Below are positions 31,435-41,553 of a stretch of 64,000 nucleotides of DNA, in pieces. The translations under genes and the position numbers were made by a program. The DNA is taken from positions 3,150 to 67,149 of the forward strand of contig CALKNZ010000027.1 of the NCBI GenBank assembly GCA_938091995.1, in the 5' to 3' direction. The notes beneath the pieces are model-generated. The model made no database searches, was not told the origin of the DNA, and worked only from the letters and a program-made list of their open reading frames with translations. Numbering within the stretch: position 1 is the first letter of the stretch; each line of letters starts with the position of its first letter. Origin of the DNA: an uncultured Luminiphilus sp. Lineage in GTDB: Bacteria; Pseudomonadota; Gammaproteobacteria; Pseudomonadales; Halieaceae.

Positions 31435-32313
31435 TTGCGCATTCTTTTATTTTTAGGGACTAATTTGGCCGTATTGGTCTTAGTAGGGCTCGTCTTCAAT
31501 CTACTGGGCTTTAGCGGAATTCTCGACGCGAACGGCGTGGATCTTAACCTCTCAGCATTACTCGTGTTCTGTGCGCTCTTTGGCTTTGGCGGGGCCATTA
31601 TTTCTCTACTGCTGTCTAAGTGGCTGGCGAAAAGAAGCACTGGCACTGTCATTATTGAGAATCCACGCAATAAAGACGAGCAATGGTTGCTAGAGACGGT
31701 GAGTAGCTTGGCTTCAGAAGCGGGTATAAAAATGCCGCAAGTTGGTGTCTTTCCGTCCAATTCCGCAAACGCTTTCGCCACTGGATGGAACAGAAATGAT
31801 GCTCTAGTCGCCGTGAGTAGCGGGCTGCTCCAACGTTTTGCCCCCAATGAAGTTCGCGCTGTGCTGGCCCACGAACTCGGGCATGTAGCCAACGGCGATA
31901 TGGTCACGCTTACGCTCATTCAAGGGGTGGTCAACACGTTTGTGATGTTTGCAGCGCGAATCATTGGGCACACCATAGACCGGGTCGTGTTTAAGAACGA
32001 TCGTGGCTACGGTATTAGCTATTTTTTGGTCACTATCGTGGCTGAAATTGCCCTCGGCTTTTTAGCCAGCATGGTGGTTATGAAATTCTCTCGATGGCGA
32101 GAATATCGTGCCGATGCAGCGGGCGCGGGACTGACAACGCGACAAGACATGATTGCGGCACTGCAACGTCTACGCACGGATCAAGGGCAACCCAGTGAGC
32201 TCCCCGGTGAGCTCACTGCCTTCGGTATTCGCCCTGGCAAGGCGCGCATCGCAGATTTATTTCGCTCACATCCGTCCCTCGAGGATCGTATTGTAGCGTT
32301 ACAAAACCCATGA
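31435..32313 (+). CDS. htpX: Membrane zinc protease HtpX (M48)
   Basis: RILLFLGTNLAV, NAFATG, AHELGHVANGDMVT (HExxH), FSRWREYRAD, SHPSLEDR; TTG start after GGAGAG. Confidence 0.97.
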   Translation: MRILLFLGTNLAVLVLVGLVFNLLGFSGILDANGVDLNLSALLVFCALFGFGGAIISLLLSKWLAKRSTGTVIIENPRNKDEQWLLETVSSLASEAGIKMPQVGVFPSNSANAFATGWNRNDALVAVSSGLLQRFAPNEVRAVLAHELGHVANGDMVTLTLIQGVVNTFVMFAARIIGHTIDRVVFKNDRGYGISYFLVTIVAEIALGFLASMVVMKFSRWREYRADAAGAGLTTRQDMIAALQRLRTDQGQPSELPGELTAFGIRPGKARIADLFRSHPSLEDRIVALQNP

Positions 32314-33389
32314 AAGACCTTCTGGATACGCTGCGACGCTGGCCTCTAAATATACTGGCTTGCTGCTGTGTTTTAGGCAGCGCTGTGCTTCAAGCAAGCA
32401 CCGCTATCGATTATTTGACTTTCGCTACTGACGACGAAAAAAATACGACTGATATTTTCAGCCAGGCCAGCCCTGCAGTGGTATCGGTCACTAGCAGCGC
32501 TCTACGGCGAACCATGTTTTCACCCAATATTTTTGAGGTTCCACAGGGCGCAGGTTCAGGGTTTATCTGGAGCGATGACGGTTTAGTGGTGACAAATTTT
32601 CATGTGATTTCCGGGGCCGATAAACTCACCGTTACCATTGCCGAGGAAGACTTTCCTGCTGAGGTTGTGGGCGTTGCTCCCGAGAGAGACCTTGCGGTAC
32701 TGCGACTTTCAGAAAAACCCGAGGACCTCACCGTGTTGCCTCTAGGTGATTCAGCGGAATTATCCGTGGGTCGCAAGGTACTTGCGATCGGAAACCCCTT
32801 TGGCCTAGATACCAGCCTGACTGTCGGTATTGTCAGCGCGCTAGATCGAGAAATCCGCTCTCCTAGTAATCGTACTATTAGTGGTGTTATCCAGACCGAT
32901 GCTGCCATAAATCCCGGGAATTCAGGCGGACCGCTCTTGAATTCTTTAGGACAACTAGTGGGCGTTAATACTGCTATTTATTCTCCTAGCGGGGGCAGCG
33001 CCGGTATTGGCTTTGCTATTCCTGTGAATTTAGTTCGAGAAGTTGTCCCGCAGCTCATTGCCTACGGCAAAATCTTACGTCCAGTACTCGGCGTAGAACT
33101 GGCCAATGATCGCTGGACCCAACGTTATGGCGTGGGTGGTGTTGCCGTCATAAGAGTCCTACGCGGGCTTCCAGCAGCTAAGGCAGGTATACAGGGCGCA
33201 ACCCGAAATAGACGCGGCGAAATTATTCTCGGTGACATTATCACCCACATTGAAGAGCAACCCATTCGTAGCCAAGACGACTACTTATCGGCCTTGGAGA
33301 AGTACAAGGTTGGAGATACCATTTCCCTCACCGCCAAGCGCGGTGATGTGACGAAGCGCTTCGACGTCACACTCTCAGAAACACGCTGA
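32310..33389 (+). CDS. HtrA-family serine protease with single PDZ domain (Deg1-like)
   Basis: GSGFIW, TNFHVI, DLAVL, QTDAAINPGNSGGPL catalytic triad, one PDZ; ATGA overlap with htpX. Confidence 0.93.
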   Translation: MKDLLDTLRRWPLNILACCCVLGSAVLQASTAIDYLTFATDDEKNTTDIFSQASPAVVSVTSSALRRTMFSPNIFEVPQGAGSGFIWSDDGLVVTNFHVISGADKLTVTIAEEDFPAEVVGVAPERDLAVLRLSEKPEDLTVLPLGDSAELSVGRKVLAIGNPFGLDTSLTVGIVSALDREIRSPSNRTISGVIQTDAAINPGNSGGPLLNSLGQLVGVNTAIYSPSGGSAGIGFAIPVNLVREVVPQLIAYGKILRPVLGVELANDRWTQRYGVGGVAVIRVLRGLPAAKAGIQGATRNRRGEIILGDIITHIEEQPIRSQDDYLSALEKYKVGDTISLTAKRGDVTKRFDVTLSETR

Positions 33390-33440
33390 TGACGCCCACA
33401 AAATGGTTCCTTCTGGCAACGGCTATGGCCACTGTGGCCT

Positions 33441-34853
33441 TTATTCAGTTTTGGCCGGCGTCTGTGCCCCAGGCCAGCTCTCGGGAGCCAGGTCCTGTTC
33501 AGGCATTACAGAACGATCAAAAACCGGGGTAGTCGCACCATAGCGCTTCTCAAAGTCTGCCAGCAACGCCATCCCTACGGGAAATAAAGCCCACAAGGCC
33601 GCGAGATTCACGACCGCTAGTAATCCCATTGTGAGATCAGAAAAACTAAAGATCGTGGCCATATCTTGCAAAGAGGCCCACGCAATCAATACCAATACCG
33701 CTACTCGAAAAATGTTAATCGTGATTTTGGGCGATATATTGAAGTAAGCAATACTGTTCTCACCGAGATAGCAGTTGTAAGCAATACTGCTGGTCGCAAA
33801 CAGCACCAGCGCAACACTGATCAAAGGCTCGCCAATCGGACCAATATGGGTAGCGAGGGCCCGCTGTGTTAGCGCGATTCCCTCAATACCCTCAGCTCCG
33901 GGCTGATAAAGCGGCGACAGTAAGATGATCATGGCCGTGCAAGTACATAAAACAATAGTATCAATAAAGACACTCAAACCTTGAATGAGCCCCTGAGACA
34001 TAGGATGGGCGACATCCGCGACAGCCGCCACATTGGGCGCAGTACCTAGACCGGCCTCGTTAGAGAACAGTCCGCGACGAGCTCCCTGCATGACCGCCGC
34101 CGCAATGCCACCGCCGATCATTTCGTTAAAACCGAAAGCAGAGGTAATGATAAGGGTAAACGCCGCGGGCACCTGATTAAGATTCATGACGAGAACCACC
34201 ATCGCCAGACCGAAATAACCAAGAACCATCATAGGAACAACGAACTGTGAAAACACGGCTATTCGGCGGATACCGCCAAAAATGACGAGGCTCATGAGCG
34301 CGGTAAGTGCAATGCCCGTCTGCCAAGTGGGAATACCGAAGGCTGACTCTACCGACTGCGTAATCGCATAGGCTTGCACCGCATTAAAACCCAAACCCAG
34401 AGTCAGTAGCAGTAATAGCGAATACACCACCGGCATCACGCGCCATCCGAGACCGTAATGCATATAAAAAGCGGGCCCACCGCGGAAGTCATTATCACCA
34501 TGAGGGCGTTTGAACAGTTGTGCCAAAGAACACTCAAACACGCTTGTCGCCATACCCAAGAGCGCGATGAGCCACATCCAGAACAAAGCCCCCGGACCGC
34601 CCAAGCTAATAGCAACCGCAACACCCGCAATATTGCCGCCACCCACTCTACCGGCAACGCTAACCAACAGCGCCTGAAAGCCGGAAATTCCGCGCTTACT
34701 GTCAGTCAATCGACTCAAACGAAGCTGGGCAAACATCGCCGTAAACAAGCGTATCTGTACAAACCTGGAGGCCAAGGTAAATCGCAAACCCACCAACAAC
34801 AGAGCCGCAATGAGGACATAGGTCCACAACCAGTCGGTTAACGTGGCTAACAT
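33441..34853 (-). CDS. Alanine/glycine:cation symporter (AGCS family)
   Basis: RVGGGNIAGVA, GGPGALFWMW, RGGPAFY, RGLFSNEAGLG, FIDTIVLC. Confidence 0.93.
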   Translation of the reverse strand: MLATLTDWLWTYVLIAALLLVGLRFTLASRFVQIRLFTAMFAQLRLSRLTDSKRGISGFQALLVSVAGRVGGGNIAGVAVAISLGGPGALFWMWLIALLGMATSVFECSLAQLFKRPHGDNDFRGGPAFYMHYGLGWRVMPVVYSLLLLLTLGLGFNAVQAYAITQSVESAFGIPTWQTGIALTALMSLVIFGGIRRIAVFSQFVVPMMVLGYFGLAMVVLVMNLNQVPAAFTLIITSAFGFNEMIGGGIAAAVMQGARRGLFSNEAGLGTAPNVAAVADVAHPMSQGLIQGLSVFIDTIVLCTCTAMIILLSPLYQPGAEGIEGIALTQRALATHIGPIGEPLISVALVLFATSSIAYNCYLGENSIAYFNISPKITINIFRVAVLVLIAWASLQDMATIFSFSDLTMGLLAVVNLAALWALFPVGMALLADFEKRYGATTPVFDRSVMPEQDLAPESWPGAQTPAKTE

Positions 34854-34862
34854 TGCGCTACC

Positions 34863-36209
34863 TCAGATCAAGCCGGAAATTAGAATAAAAGCGATGGCCG
34901 GAACCGCCACATATCGCACCAGCTGGCGCCACAACCCGTAAATCGCAGGCGTGGTATTAAGCTCATTCGTGCTGTGAACTTTAAGCATGAACCATCCCGC
35001 AAAGGTGGCAATGAGTAATCCCCCGGCGGGTAGCAGCACTTTATCAGGGATGGCAAAAGCCACGTCATTAAAGTTGAAGCCAGCCACGGTGTAGCCTGAC
35101 CAAACGCCGTAGGACAGTACACTCGCGACACTGCACAGGGTAACCGCGGCGACAACCAGGGCAGACCCCACGTGGCGATGTAACGCAAAACGCTCGCCAA
35201 CCCAAGCCGTCACCGATTCCAGTAATCCCACCATGCTGGTAATTCCAGCGACTGCGAGCATAATGAAAAACAAGGTCGCAAAAATGTGCCCACCCGGCAT
35301 TTGCGCGAAAGCGACAGGCAAGGTTTGGAAAATAAGACCAGCGCCACTCGCCATGTCCAAACCGTAGTGAAACACCGCCGGAAACACCACAAATCCCGCA
35401 AGAAGCGCCACGAGGGTATCTGCAAGAACCACAATAATTGCGGCGCGGGTGATTGAAAAGTCTTTAGGCAGGTATGCGCCGTAGGTCATCATTCCCCCCA
35501 TAGCGACGCCAAGGGAAAAGAACGCCTGCCCTACCGCTGCCAATAAGGTATCGGGGCCAACCTTGCTGAAGTCGGGAGTAAACAGCCATTCCAAGGTCTG
35601 CACAAAACCACCCGCAAAGACGTTGTAAATACTCAAACCTATAAGCAGGGCAAACATCAGTGGCATCATGACTGTTACTGCGCGCTCAATGCCGCCTTTC
35701 ACCCCAGAGAAAATGATCGCACCTACAATAAGGTTGCCCAATAAGGTCCAAAACAACATACCACCGCTATTGGCGAGCAAGGCATCGAAAGCCTGAGAGG
35801 AACTTTCAGCATCGACACCCACAAAACCGGTCATAGCGGCCCTAGATAGGTAGGACAGCACCCAGCCCACGACTACCGCATAGGTGATCGCAATGGCAAA
35901 TGCCGTGAGCACACCCATCCCCCCCACCAGGCCCCAGTGCCTCGAACGGCCCGATTCCTCCGCGACACGAGCCATTGACTCCGGCGGACTACCTTGCCCT
36001 CGCCTGCCGATGACAAGTTCAGCAATGAGGCAGGGAACACCAATGCAAAAGGCACAAAATAAGTAAATCAAAACGAAGGCAGAGCCACCATTCTCGCCGG
36101 TGACATAGGGAAATCTCCAAATATTTCCCAGTCCCACTGCAAAACCTACTGACGCCATAATAAAGGCGAAACGACTGGACCAATGGGCACTCGTGCTAGC
36201 AGCTGTCAT
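34863..36209 (-). CDS. Sodium-dependent transporter, NSS (LeuT/MhsT-like) family
   Basis: WSSRFAF...AVGLGNIWRFPY..GENGGSAF, GQAFFSLG, GAGLIFQTLP. Confidence 0.94.
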   Translation of the reverse strand: MTAASTSAHWSSRFAFIMASVGFAVGLGNIWRFPYVTGENGGSAFVLIYLFCAFCIGVPCLIAELVIGRRGQGSPPESMARVAEESGRSRHWGLVGGMGVLTAFAIAITYAVVVGWVLSYLSRAAMTGFVGVDAESSSQAFDALLANSGGMLFWTLLGNLIVGAIIFSGVKGGIERAVTVMMPLMFALLIGLSIYNVFAGGFVQTLEWLFTPDFSKVGPDTLLAAVGQAFFSLGVAMGGMMTYGAYLPKDFSITRAAIIVVLADTLVALLAGFVVFPAVFHYGLDMASGAGLIFQTLPVAFAQMPGGHIFATLFFIMLAVAGITSMVGLLESVTAWVGERFALHRHVGSALVVAAVTLCSVASVLSYGVWSGYTVAGFNFNDVAFAIPDKVLLPAGGLLIATFAGWFMLKVHSTNELNTTPAIYGLWRQLVRYVAVPAIAFILISGLI

Positions 36210-36419
36210 AGTTGGGGCATTCCCTTTTTTAAAGTGGCAGGCGGATCTTCCGTCGCGATCTATTGTGTCCTGGCGGCCAAACCACCCCGGTACTGGCAGC
36301 GCTGACCCTCAAGCTATTTTATCCCGAAACGCGACTGGCGCACCTTTAGTGTTACTCCGTGCGTTCACCGAAAACTCACTGAATAAACCACCCTACCACC
36401 AAACTCAACGCCTTATGGC

Positions 36420-37160
36420 TTACAACCGACCCTTCATAACCATATCAAATCCAGTGGCGGAAGGGGTCGCCAGTAGTTGTAGGGCATCCGCTAAATCAGG
36501 GTTCGCTGTTACGGGCCCTGACAAATCAAGGTCAATTTCATAATTATTTTCCGCGACTGCAGCGGTGCCCGCCACCATAAGCCCACCCGACAGGGTCGTG
36601 ACGCGCCCCTGCACCTGACTGTTCTTACCGGATAGCTTGAGCAGGTAATCACCCAGAGACACATCACCAGCCGCTGCGGTCCAGACAGCACTTTGCCAAG
36701 TCAAGGTACCGTCGAGGGATTGAAGCTGATTTGAAGCTAGGGAGATCTTAGGAAAATCAGCGATTATGCGTCCGCCAATATAGAGGGGTAAAAATTGCCG
36801 GATAAGACCCGTGTCAAACTCGGCTTGAAAATCTTTTATCTCAGCAGCACCCGACAGGTTTTGGGTAAAAGCACCGACTAGTCGCTGCCCACCCCACTCC
36901 ATGTTGATCGTCACTGTGGGCTGCAACAGCACCAGCGACAGGGGCGACAAGCGCCAATTGACCCTACCAAGGATGAGTGCCCCGTTATCTAGTTGCCAAA
37001 CACTGCGTGCTGCTGTACCCGTCCAGACTGAGCCCGAGACCGCGCTGAGCATGAGCCTATCGGGCAACAGCACACCCAGCAGCCGGGCCGGAGCCTGCCA
37101 TACTAAAAAGCCAGCCAACAAACATGCCAACAGCAAAGCGCTACGCCCCGACATCTTCAC
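36420..37160 (-). CDS. gspN: Type II secretion protein N
   Basis: N-terminal TM then APA, SGSVWTG, WRLSPLSL; last gene of the gsp cluster. Confidence 0.85.
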   Translation of the reverse strand: MKMSGRSALLLACLLAGFLVWQAPARLLGVLLPDRLMLSAVSGSVWTGTAARSVWQLDNGALILGRVNWRLSPLSLVLLQPTVTINMEWGGQRLVGAFTQNLSGAAEIKDFQAEFDTGLIRQFLPLYIGGRIIADFPKISLASNQLQSLDGTLTWQSAVWTAAAGDVSLGDYLLKLSGKNSQVQGRVTTLSGGLMVAGTAAVAENNYEIDLDLSGPVTANPDLADALQLLATPSATGFDMVMKGRL

Positions 37161-37633
37161 CCTGAATCAGCGACACGGATTGTTGCATTCACACCACCCA
37201 TACTGTTGCTACGTACGATTGCTGCATCAATTACTAACAAGCCCTCGGTGACCTCTACGCGGTACAACCATTTAACCAGTTCATCGTAATTGACCGCCTC
37301 GAAACGCACCTGCACTTCGCCACGGCTGTTCGGTTGAAGTCGCCTAACCACCAGCCCTTCAAGCTTGCTAATCCGATTAATTGCAGCTGTAAGACTGCTT
37401 CGGTCAGAAGATTTTGTCGCTGAACGCAGCGCAATGAGACGGGTCGCCTTCGCGTCAACCCGAGTCAATACCTCGGAAGCGGCTTCATTATTGAGTGCCA
37501 TCTGTTGCTTTGCAGCAGACGCCGGCACCATTATCAACTGCACAACAACCCAAGCGCCAACGAAGAAAAGCATCGCAAGCAGGTAGATTTGCTCACGTCT
37601 AGAGCGCCCATTAAACCAATCACGAAGCATCAT
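37157..37633 (-). CDS. gspM: Type II secretion protein M
   Basis: WF..RSRREQ, TM, RLQP, V.YDELVKWL; position after gspL. Confidence 0.88.
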   Translation of the reverse strand: MMLRDWFNGRSRREQIYLLAMLFFVGAWVVVQLIMVPASAAKQQMALNNEAASEVLTRVDAKATRLIALRSATKSSDRSSLTAAINRISKLEGLVVRRLQPNSRGEVQVRFEAVNYDELVKWLYRVEVTEGLLVIDAAIVRSNSMGGVNATIRVADSG

Positions 37634-38790
37634 AAAGCCAACCTAAGGCGCGCTCTAACTTGCGCATCCCGCTGCGATGATGTTTCTAATGTTGCGTCCA
37701 AACCCATGGTATTAAAGCGCCCTCGAAGCGCCTCAATGTCATCGTAACTAGGCGCAAGTAAATCCAGGCGAATCTCACCCGCGCTGCCGCTGTAGTTAAT
37801 GCTGCTTAAAGTCAGCTTACTGTCTGCCGATATAGCCCGAGAAACGTTATCGAGAACTCCAGTAAACATCAGTCCTCTAGACCCCACGGTGTACTCAGCA
37901 ATCTGACGATCGAGTTGCTTTTCAGCATCGACCAACGATCCTTTAGGGTTTGCCTGACGATAGCTGTCTTCTATCGCGTTACGTAGGGCGATATTGTTCT
38001 CTTTCAACTGTGAGTATTGAACCCAGTCGCTCGAGACTTGCAAAAAAACTGCGATAAGCAGGGCTATCGCCAATGGCTTCCAGCTCTGCCACCAGCGCCT
38101 CAAGGGTAAACTGGGCGCAAATTCACCTTGACGCAGATCGATAGAGTCTTGTGTACGATCAGCCAGCATTAAGGCTGCACCAAAATCGCCCTGACGCCAT
38201 TGCGTTTTCCCACGCCAAGCCTCAGGCAATATCCCTAAATCAGATGTCTGATCCCGGCCATACATCACTACGGTATCAGGTAACTCAGACATTGATTCCA
38301 CGATGGGCGCGAGCAGAGTGTGCTCTATCCGTGTACCCTCGTGCTGACTCCAACGCACAAGAACAGAATCATGCTCCACCACCAAACAGACTTCACCCGG
38401 CTGCCATGGCAACAACAGCGCCTCATGGTAAAACGGCCCCTCAAAGGCATCGCCTAGCAACGTTAACCAAGAGCGCATGTCCACATGGGACGCCAACGCC
38501 ACCAGATAACAATCGCCATCAATGGGCTTACAGGCAAAATGCATGGCCTCGACCGGATCAATCACCGCATCTTCAAGCATAAAAGGAAGCGACTGTTTAA
38601 GATGGCGATGTTCATCCGAGCGAACAGTGATTTGCGTCAATCGAGCCCGATCTGCGGGAACGGCAAAAGCGTAGTGGCTACTTTGCTCAACTGGCAGGTC
38701 AGTGAGACTAATCGGCTCTTGACCGGCATGCCAGAGCTGCACGCCGTTTGCACCGAGCCTTAGAACCCCTAAATTTTCAGACGCCGTCAT
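37630..38790 (-). CDS. gspL: Type II secretion protein L
   Basis: LPFMLEDAVIDPVEAMHFA, DLRQGEFAP, TM, periplasmic domain. Confidence 0.9.
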   Translation of the reverse strand: MTASENLGVLRLGANGVQLWHAGQEPISLTDLPVEQSSHYAFAVPADRARLTQITVRSDEHRHLKQSLPFMLEDAVIDPVEAMHFACKPIDGDCYLVALASHVDMRSWLTLLGDAFEGPFYHEALLLPWQPGEVCLVVEHDSVLVRWSQHEGTRIEHTLLAPIVESMSELPDTVVMYGRDQTSDLGILPEAWRGKTQWRQGDFGAALMLADRTQDSIDLRQGEFAPSLPLRRWWQSWKPLAIALLIAVFLQVSSDWVQYSQLKENNIALRNAIEDSYRQANPKGSLVDAEKQLDRQIAEYTVGSRGLMFTGVLDNVSRAISADSKLTLSSINYSGSAGEIRLDLLAPSYDDIEALRGRFNTMGLDATLETSSQRDAQVRARLRLAL

Positions 38791-38866
38791 TTTGGTCGAG
38801 CCTTTTCACAATCGACGTGGATTTGTCTCAGCCTTAGGAACATTAATCGTTTGAGAAAGGTGTTTC

Positions 38867-39946
38867 TCAAAGCTCACCCTGACTCCGGTAGCGCGCAAAA
38901 ACAGACCCGCGATCCCGTTGTAAAACACTGTACAAGTGTAACTCTCTCTCGGCAATCTCTACTGTCGCCGAAAGCAAAAACCAATCGCTGCGCTCAGCTA
39001 ACAATGTCGAAAGCTCATTGCTTTCTGCCCCAGCAAACACTGCATCTTCGAGCAAGGTCTCTACTGAAAAAATGAGGCCTTCTGTACGAGCCTCAACAAG
39101 CCGCAGGCCCTCCTCTTCAGACATAGGCTCAAGCAGATCATTGACGGGCAAACTGCGCAAAACGGTTGCAGAGGCTGTTAAAACATTCAGGGGCCCACCA
39201 TCTTTTGGCCACACGGTAACAAAGGGCGCTAGCGCTCTGTAGATATCGGGAGTGATGCCAACAACGCTTCGCAGTTCACTCACACTCGCTAAAGCTTGCC
39301 CTGAGGTTCGATAAGCCGGCACAAGTCGCTGATAAACATCATCTTCGGCGCCGTTTGCCAGACGCTGAGTGTCTTTATCGATGAAGTCGACGACCGACTG
39401 CATAATTTTAATGGCTTGTTGCCTATCAATCTGCTCCCCCTCTATTGCGCCCAAGAGACGGATAAACTGTCGCTGAGCGACGGTGTATTGCGCTGTATCT
39501 GAGTTGCCGTTGGCGCTAGCTTCCTCACTGACCCCAGTATCTGGGAATGGAGCATCACCTTGGTCACTGTCACGCACCTCAGTGCTGACCAAACTGTTAA
39601 TATTGAATCGCCCCTGAAGGTCTTCCAACCCACCCAGCAACCAACCACCCTCGGCTAATGGATAGGGTTGTGCCTCATTCGCCCAGAGCTCGGTGAGATC
39701 GTCCACAGGATTGTCTCGAGCCGCATCTGCGGTAGCATCTAAGCGCAGCGCCACAACCCCTAGCGCTTCGGCGCCGCGAAGATAAGCCCAGCCTTGCTCT
39801 GCAATAAAACCATTAGTGCCACGTTGTAGCTGCAGCGAAAACTCTCGCTGCAGACCCACAATCAAAGCTGAAGCAAGTGCAAATACCAATAGCGCTACAA
39901 TGAGCGCTGCACCTGCTTGCTGTTGTTTAGAGGGGGGGCAGTACAT
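38867..39946 (-). CDS. gspK: Type II secretion minor pseudopilin K
   Basis: QQAGAALIVALL prepilin-like N-terminus, DDLTELWA, DLQGRFNINSL; ATG 39946 preferred (ORF track 39976). Confidence 0.92.
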   Translation of the reverse strand: MYCPPSKQQQAGAALIVALLVFALASALIVGLQREFSLQLQRGTNGFIAEQGWAYLRGAEALGVVALRLDATADAARDNPVDDLTELWANEAQPYPLAEGGWLLGGLEDLQGRFNINSLVSTEVRDSDQGDAPFPDTGVSEEASANGNSDTAQYTVAQRQFIRLLGAIEGEQIDRQQAIKIMQSVVDFIDKDTQRLANGAEDDVYQRLVPAYRTSGQALASVSELRSVVGITPDIYRALAPFVTVWPKDGGPLNVLTASATVLRSLPVNDLLEPMSEEEGLRLVEARTEGLIFSVETLLEDAVFAGAESNELSTLLAERSDWFLLSATVEIAERELHLYSVLQRDRGSVFARYRSQGEL

Positions 39947-40574
39947 AAAGACGCTCAATTTGACCCCATCCTTCAATGTCTAATCGAAGAATTAGCGCAG
40001 CTGGCAGTGTCATCACGGCTTCTGGCTGGGAAGTATCGGCAAGCCAATTTTCCCGCCAGAGTCGGCGATCTATATCTATATCCCGATTTATTCTTAAGGC
40101 ACTAATGTCATCAAGAAACTGTAGATCAAAACTCTCCACACCTTCTAACAAGGTTATTTCTCTGGGTTCAGAAGACCCCGAACGATCAAGTACCGACCAG
40201 CTGGCCCTAACCAACCGATCCTCTTCAAGATAATACGCAACACGTTGTAGGGTCGAACGCGGCAAGCCAACGGTGTTATGCCAACCCGCCCGGGTCAGCG
40301 CCAACATTTGTCTCGCCAAAGGGCCACCCTCTAAGCCGGCTTCCCTAGTACCAAATTCGTCAAAAATGGGGCGATCGACAACTTGTCTGATATCCCGTGC
40401 TAGGACCTGAAAAGCCCGATTCATGGTGTTAATTCTCTGGGCCTCCTCACGCACCGAATCAACACCCACAATGACTGTGGACAAACTCACGTAGGCTAAA
40501 ACAGCAATAACAGCGGTAATGGCCATTGCAATCAGTACTTCAATCAGCGTAAAGCCGCGATGCAACCCTCTCAT
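39927..40574 (-). CDS. gspJ: Type II secretion minor pseudopilin J
   Basis: RGFTLIEVLIA, RDIRQ, TRAGWHN, RSTLQRVAY, LPAA. Confidence 0.93.
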   Translation of the reverse strand: MRGLHRGFTLIEVLIAMAITAVIAVLAYVSLSTVIVGVDSVREEAQRINTMNRAFQVLARDIRQVVDRPIFDEFGTREAGLEGGPLARQMLALTRAGWHNTVGLPRSTLQRVAYYLEEDRLVRASWSVLDRSGSSEPREITLLEGVESFDLQFLDDISALRINRDIDIDRRLWRENWLADTSQPEAVMTLPAALILRLDIEGWGQIERLYVLPPL

Positions 40575-40972
40575 GGCCGACCAGCCGGCGTGATAAAGGC
40601 GGTCAATGTATGAAGCGCTTGGGTTCTATCTTCTTCAGCAGAAATCTTAACGTCCACGCGGATGAAACCGGGGATTTCCGTGGTCTGCTGCTCGATCCAC
40701 CAATACCAGTCACGCTCTGCCAAGCGCGTCTCACCCAACAATTCCCCCTCTGGGAGCGACCCTCGTTTTGCAACGACCAATCGCAGCTCATTCATTCGAT
40801 CTGCGGCAACCCAGCTCGCCACACTTCTATCACGAAGATACTCCGTGCCATCAAGCTGCTGAAATAAAGCAAATAGCAATGCCGGCACTGCAACAGCGAC
40901 GATGGCTAGGGCCACCATAACTTCGACCAGAGTAAATCCGCGAGACCCGGATACTTTAAGGCTGGTAGTCAT
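40571..40972 (-). CDS. gspI: Type II secretion minor pseudopilin I
   Basis: RGFTLVEVMVALAI, YLRDRSVASWVA, WYW; ATG 40972 preferred (ORF track 41011). Confidence 0.92.
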   Translation of the reverse strand: MTTSLKVSGSRGFTLVEVMVALAIVAVAVPALLFALFQQLDGTEYLRDRSVASWVAADRMNELRLVVAKRGSLPEGELLGETRLAERDWYWWIEQQTTEIPGFIRVDVKISAEEDRTQALHTLTAFITPAGRP

Positions 40973-41552
40973 CAAGTTTTTGCCCTGCTGGCAACAACGT
41001 GAAATCACCAAAAAAACCCCAGTGAATACTAAATAATAATTCCCTAGTATCCTGTGTCATCCAATCAAGATGCCCTTCGGTAACCTCTCCACTGGCAAAA
41101 AAAACCACCTGTGGCGACGGCCGTAATTCAGGATCACGCTCACCAATTTCAATATTTGGATTATCCTCCAAGGTCAACCAAAGCACCGTATTATCATGAA
41201 AAACAAATGGTGCTAAGAGCTCACTGCTGCCTCTGGGCTCGGCCCAACCTTGATCGTAACGACGGAGCCAGTACCCAGTAGTTTTCAGAATTCCATCGCC
41301 AAGCTTTTGCTCCAAATACAGTCCGTGGTCCACCCCTGCCATCTCAGCCTCTGATTGCATGTAATTCATCAGCGCTAATAAATGCTTAGCATCTTCCTTG
41401 AGCGCTATTGAACTACCACCGCGACCGACATTGAGACTGACTACTGAGGTCAACAAAACGATCACGAATACGGCAATCAGGAGCTCAATTAAGCTGAAAC
41501 CCGTTGCCGATCGCCGACTGCGGGTATACCTGACCAACTGGAGCACCTTCAC
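40956..41552 (-). CDS. gspH: Type II secretion minor pseudopilin H
   Basis: GFSLIELLI, PQVVFFASGEVT; GTG 41552 just after the gspG stop preferred over ORF-track start 41651. Confidence 0.88.
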   Translation of the reverse strand: MKVLQLVRYTRSRRSATGFSLIELLIAVFVIVLLTSVVSLNVGRGGSSIALKEDAKHLLALMNYMQSEAEMAGVDHGLYLEQKLGDGILKTTGYWLRRYDQGWAEPRGSSELLAPFVFHDNTVLWLTLEDNPNIEIGERDPELRPSPQVVFFASGEVTEGHLDWMTQDTRELLFSIHWGFFGDFTLLPAGQKLDDYQP

Positions 41553-41553
41553 A

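Noticed and set aside
36210-36419. Possible glycine riboswitch upstream of the amino-acid symporters
   Set aside because: No GGAGA...CCGAAG...CTCTCAGG core on the minus strand.
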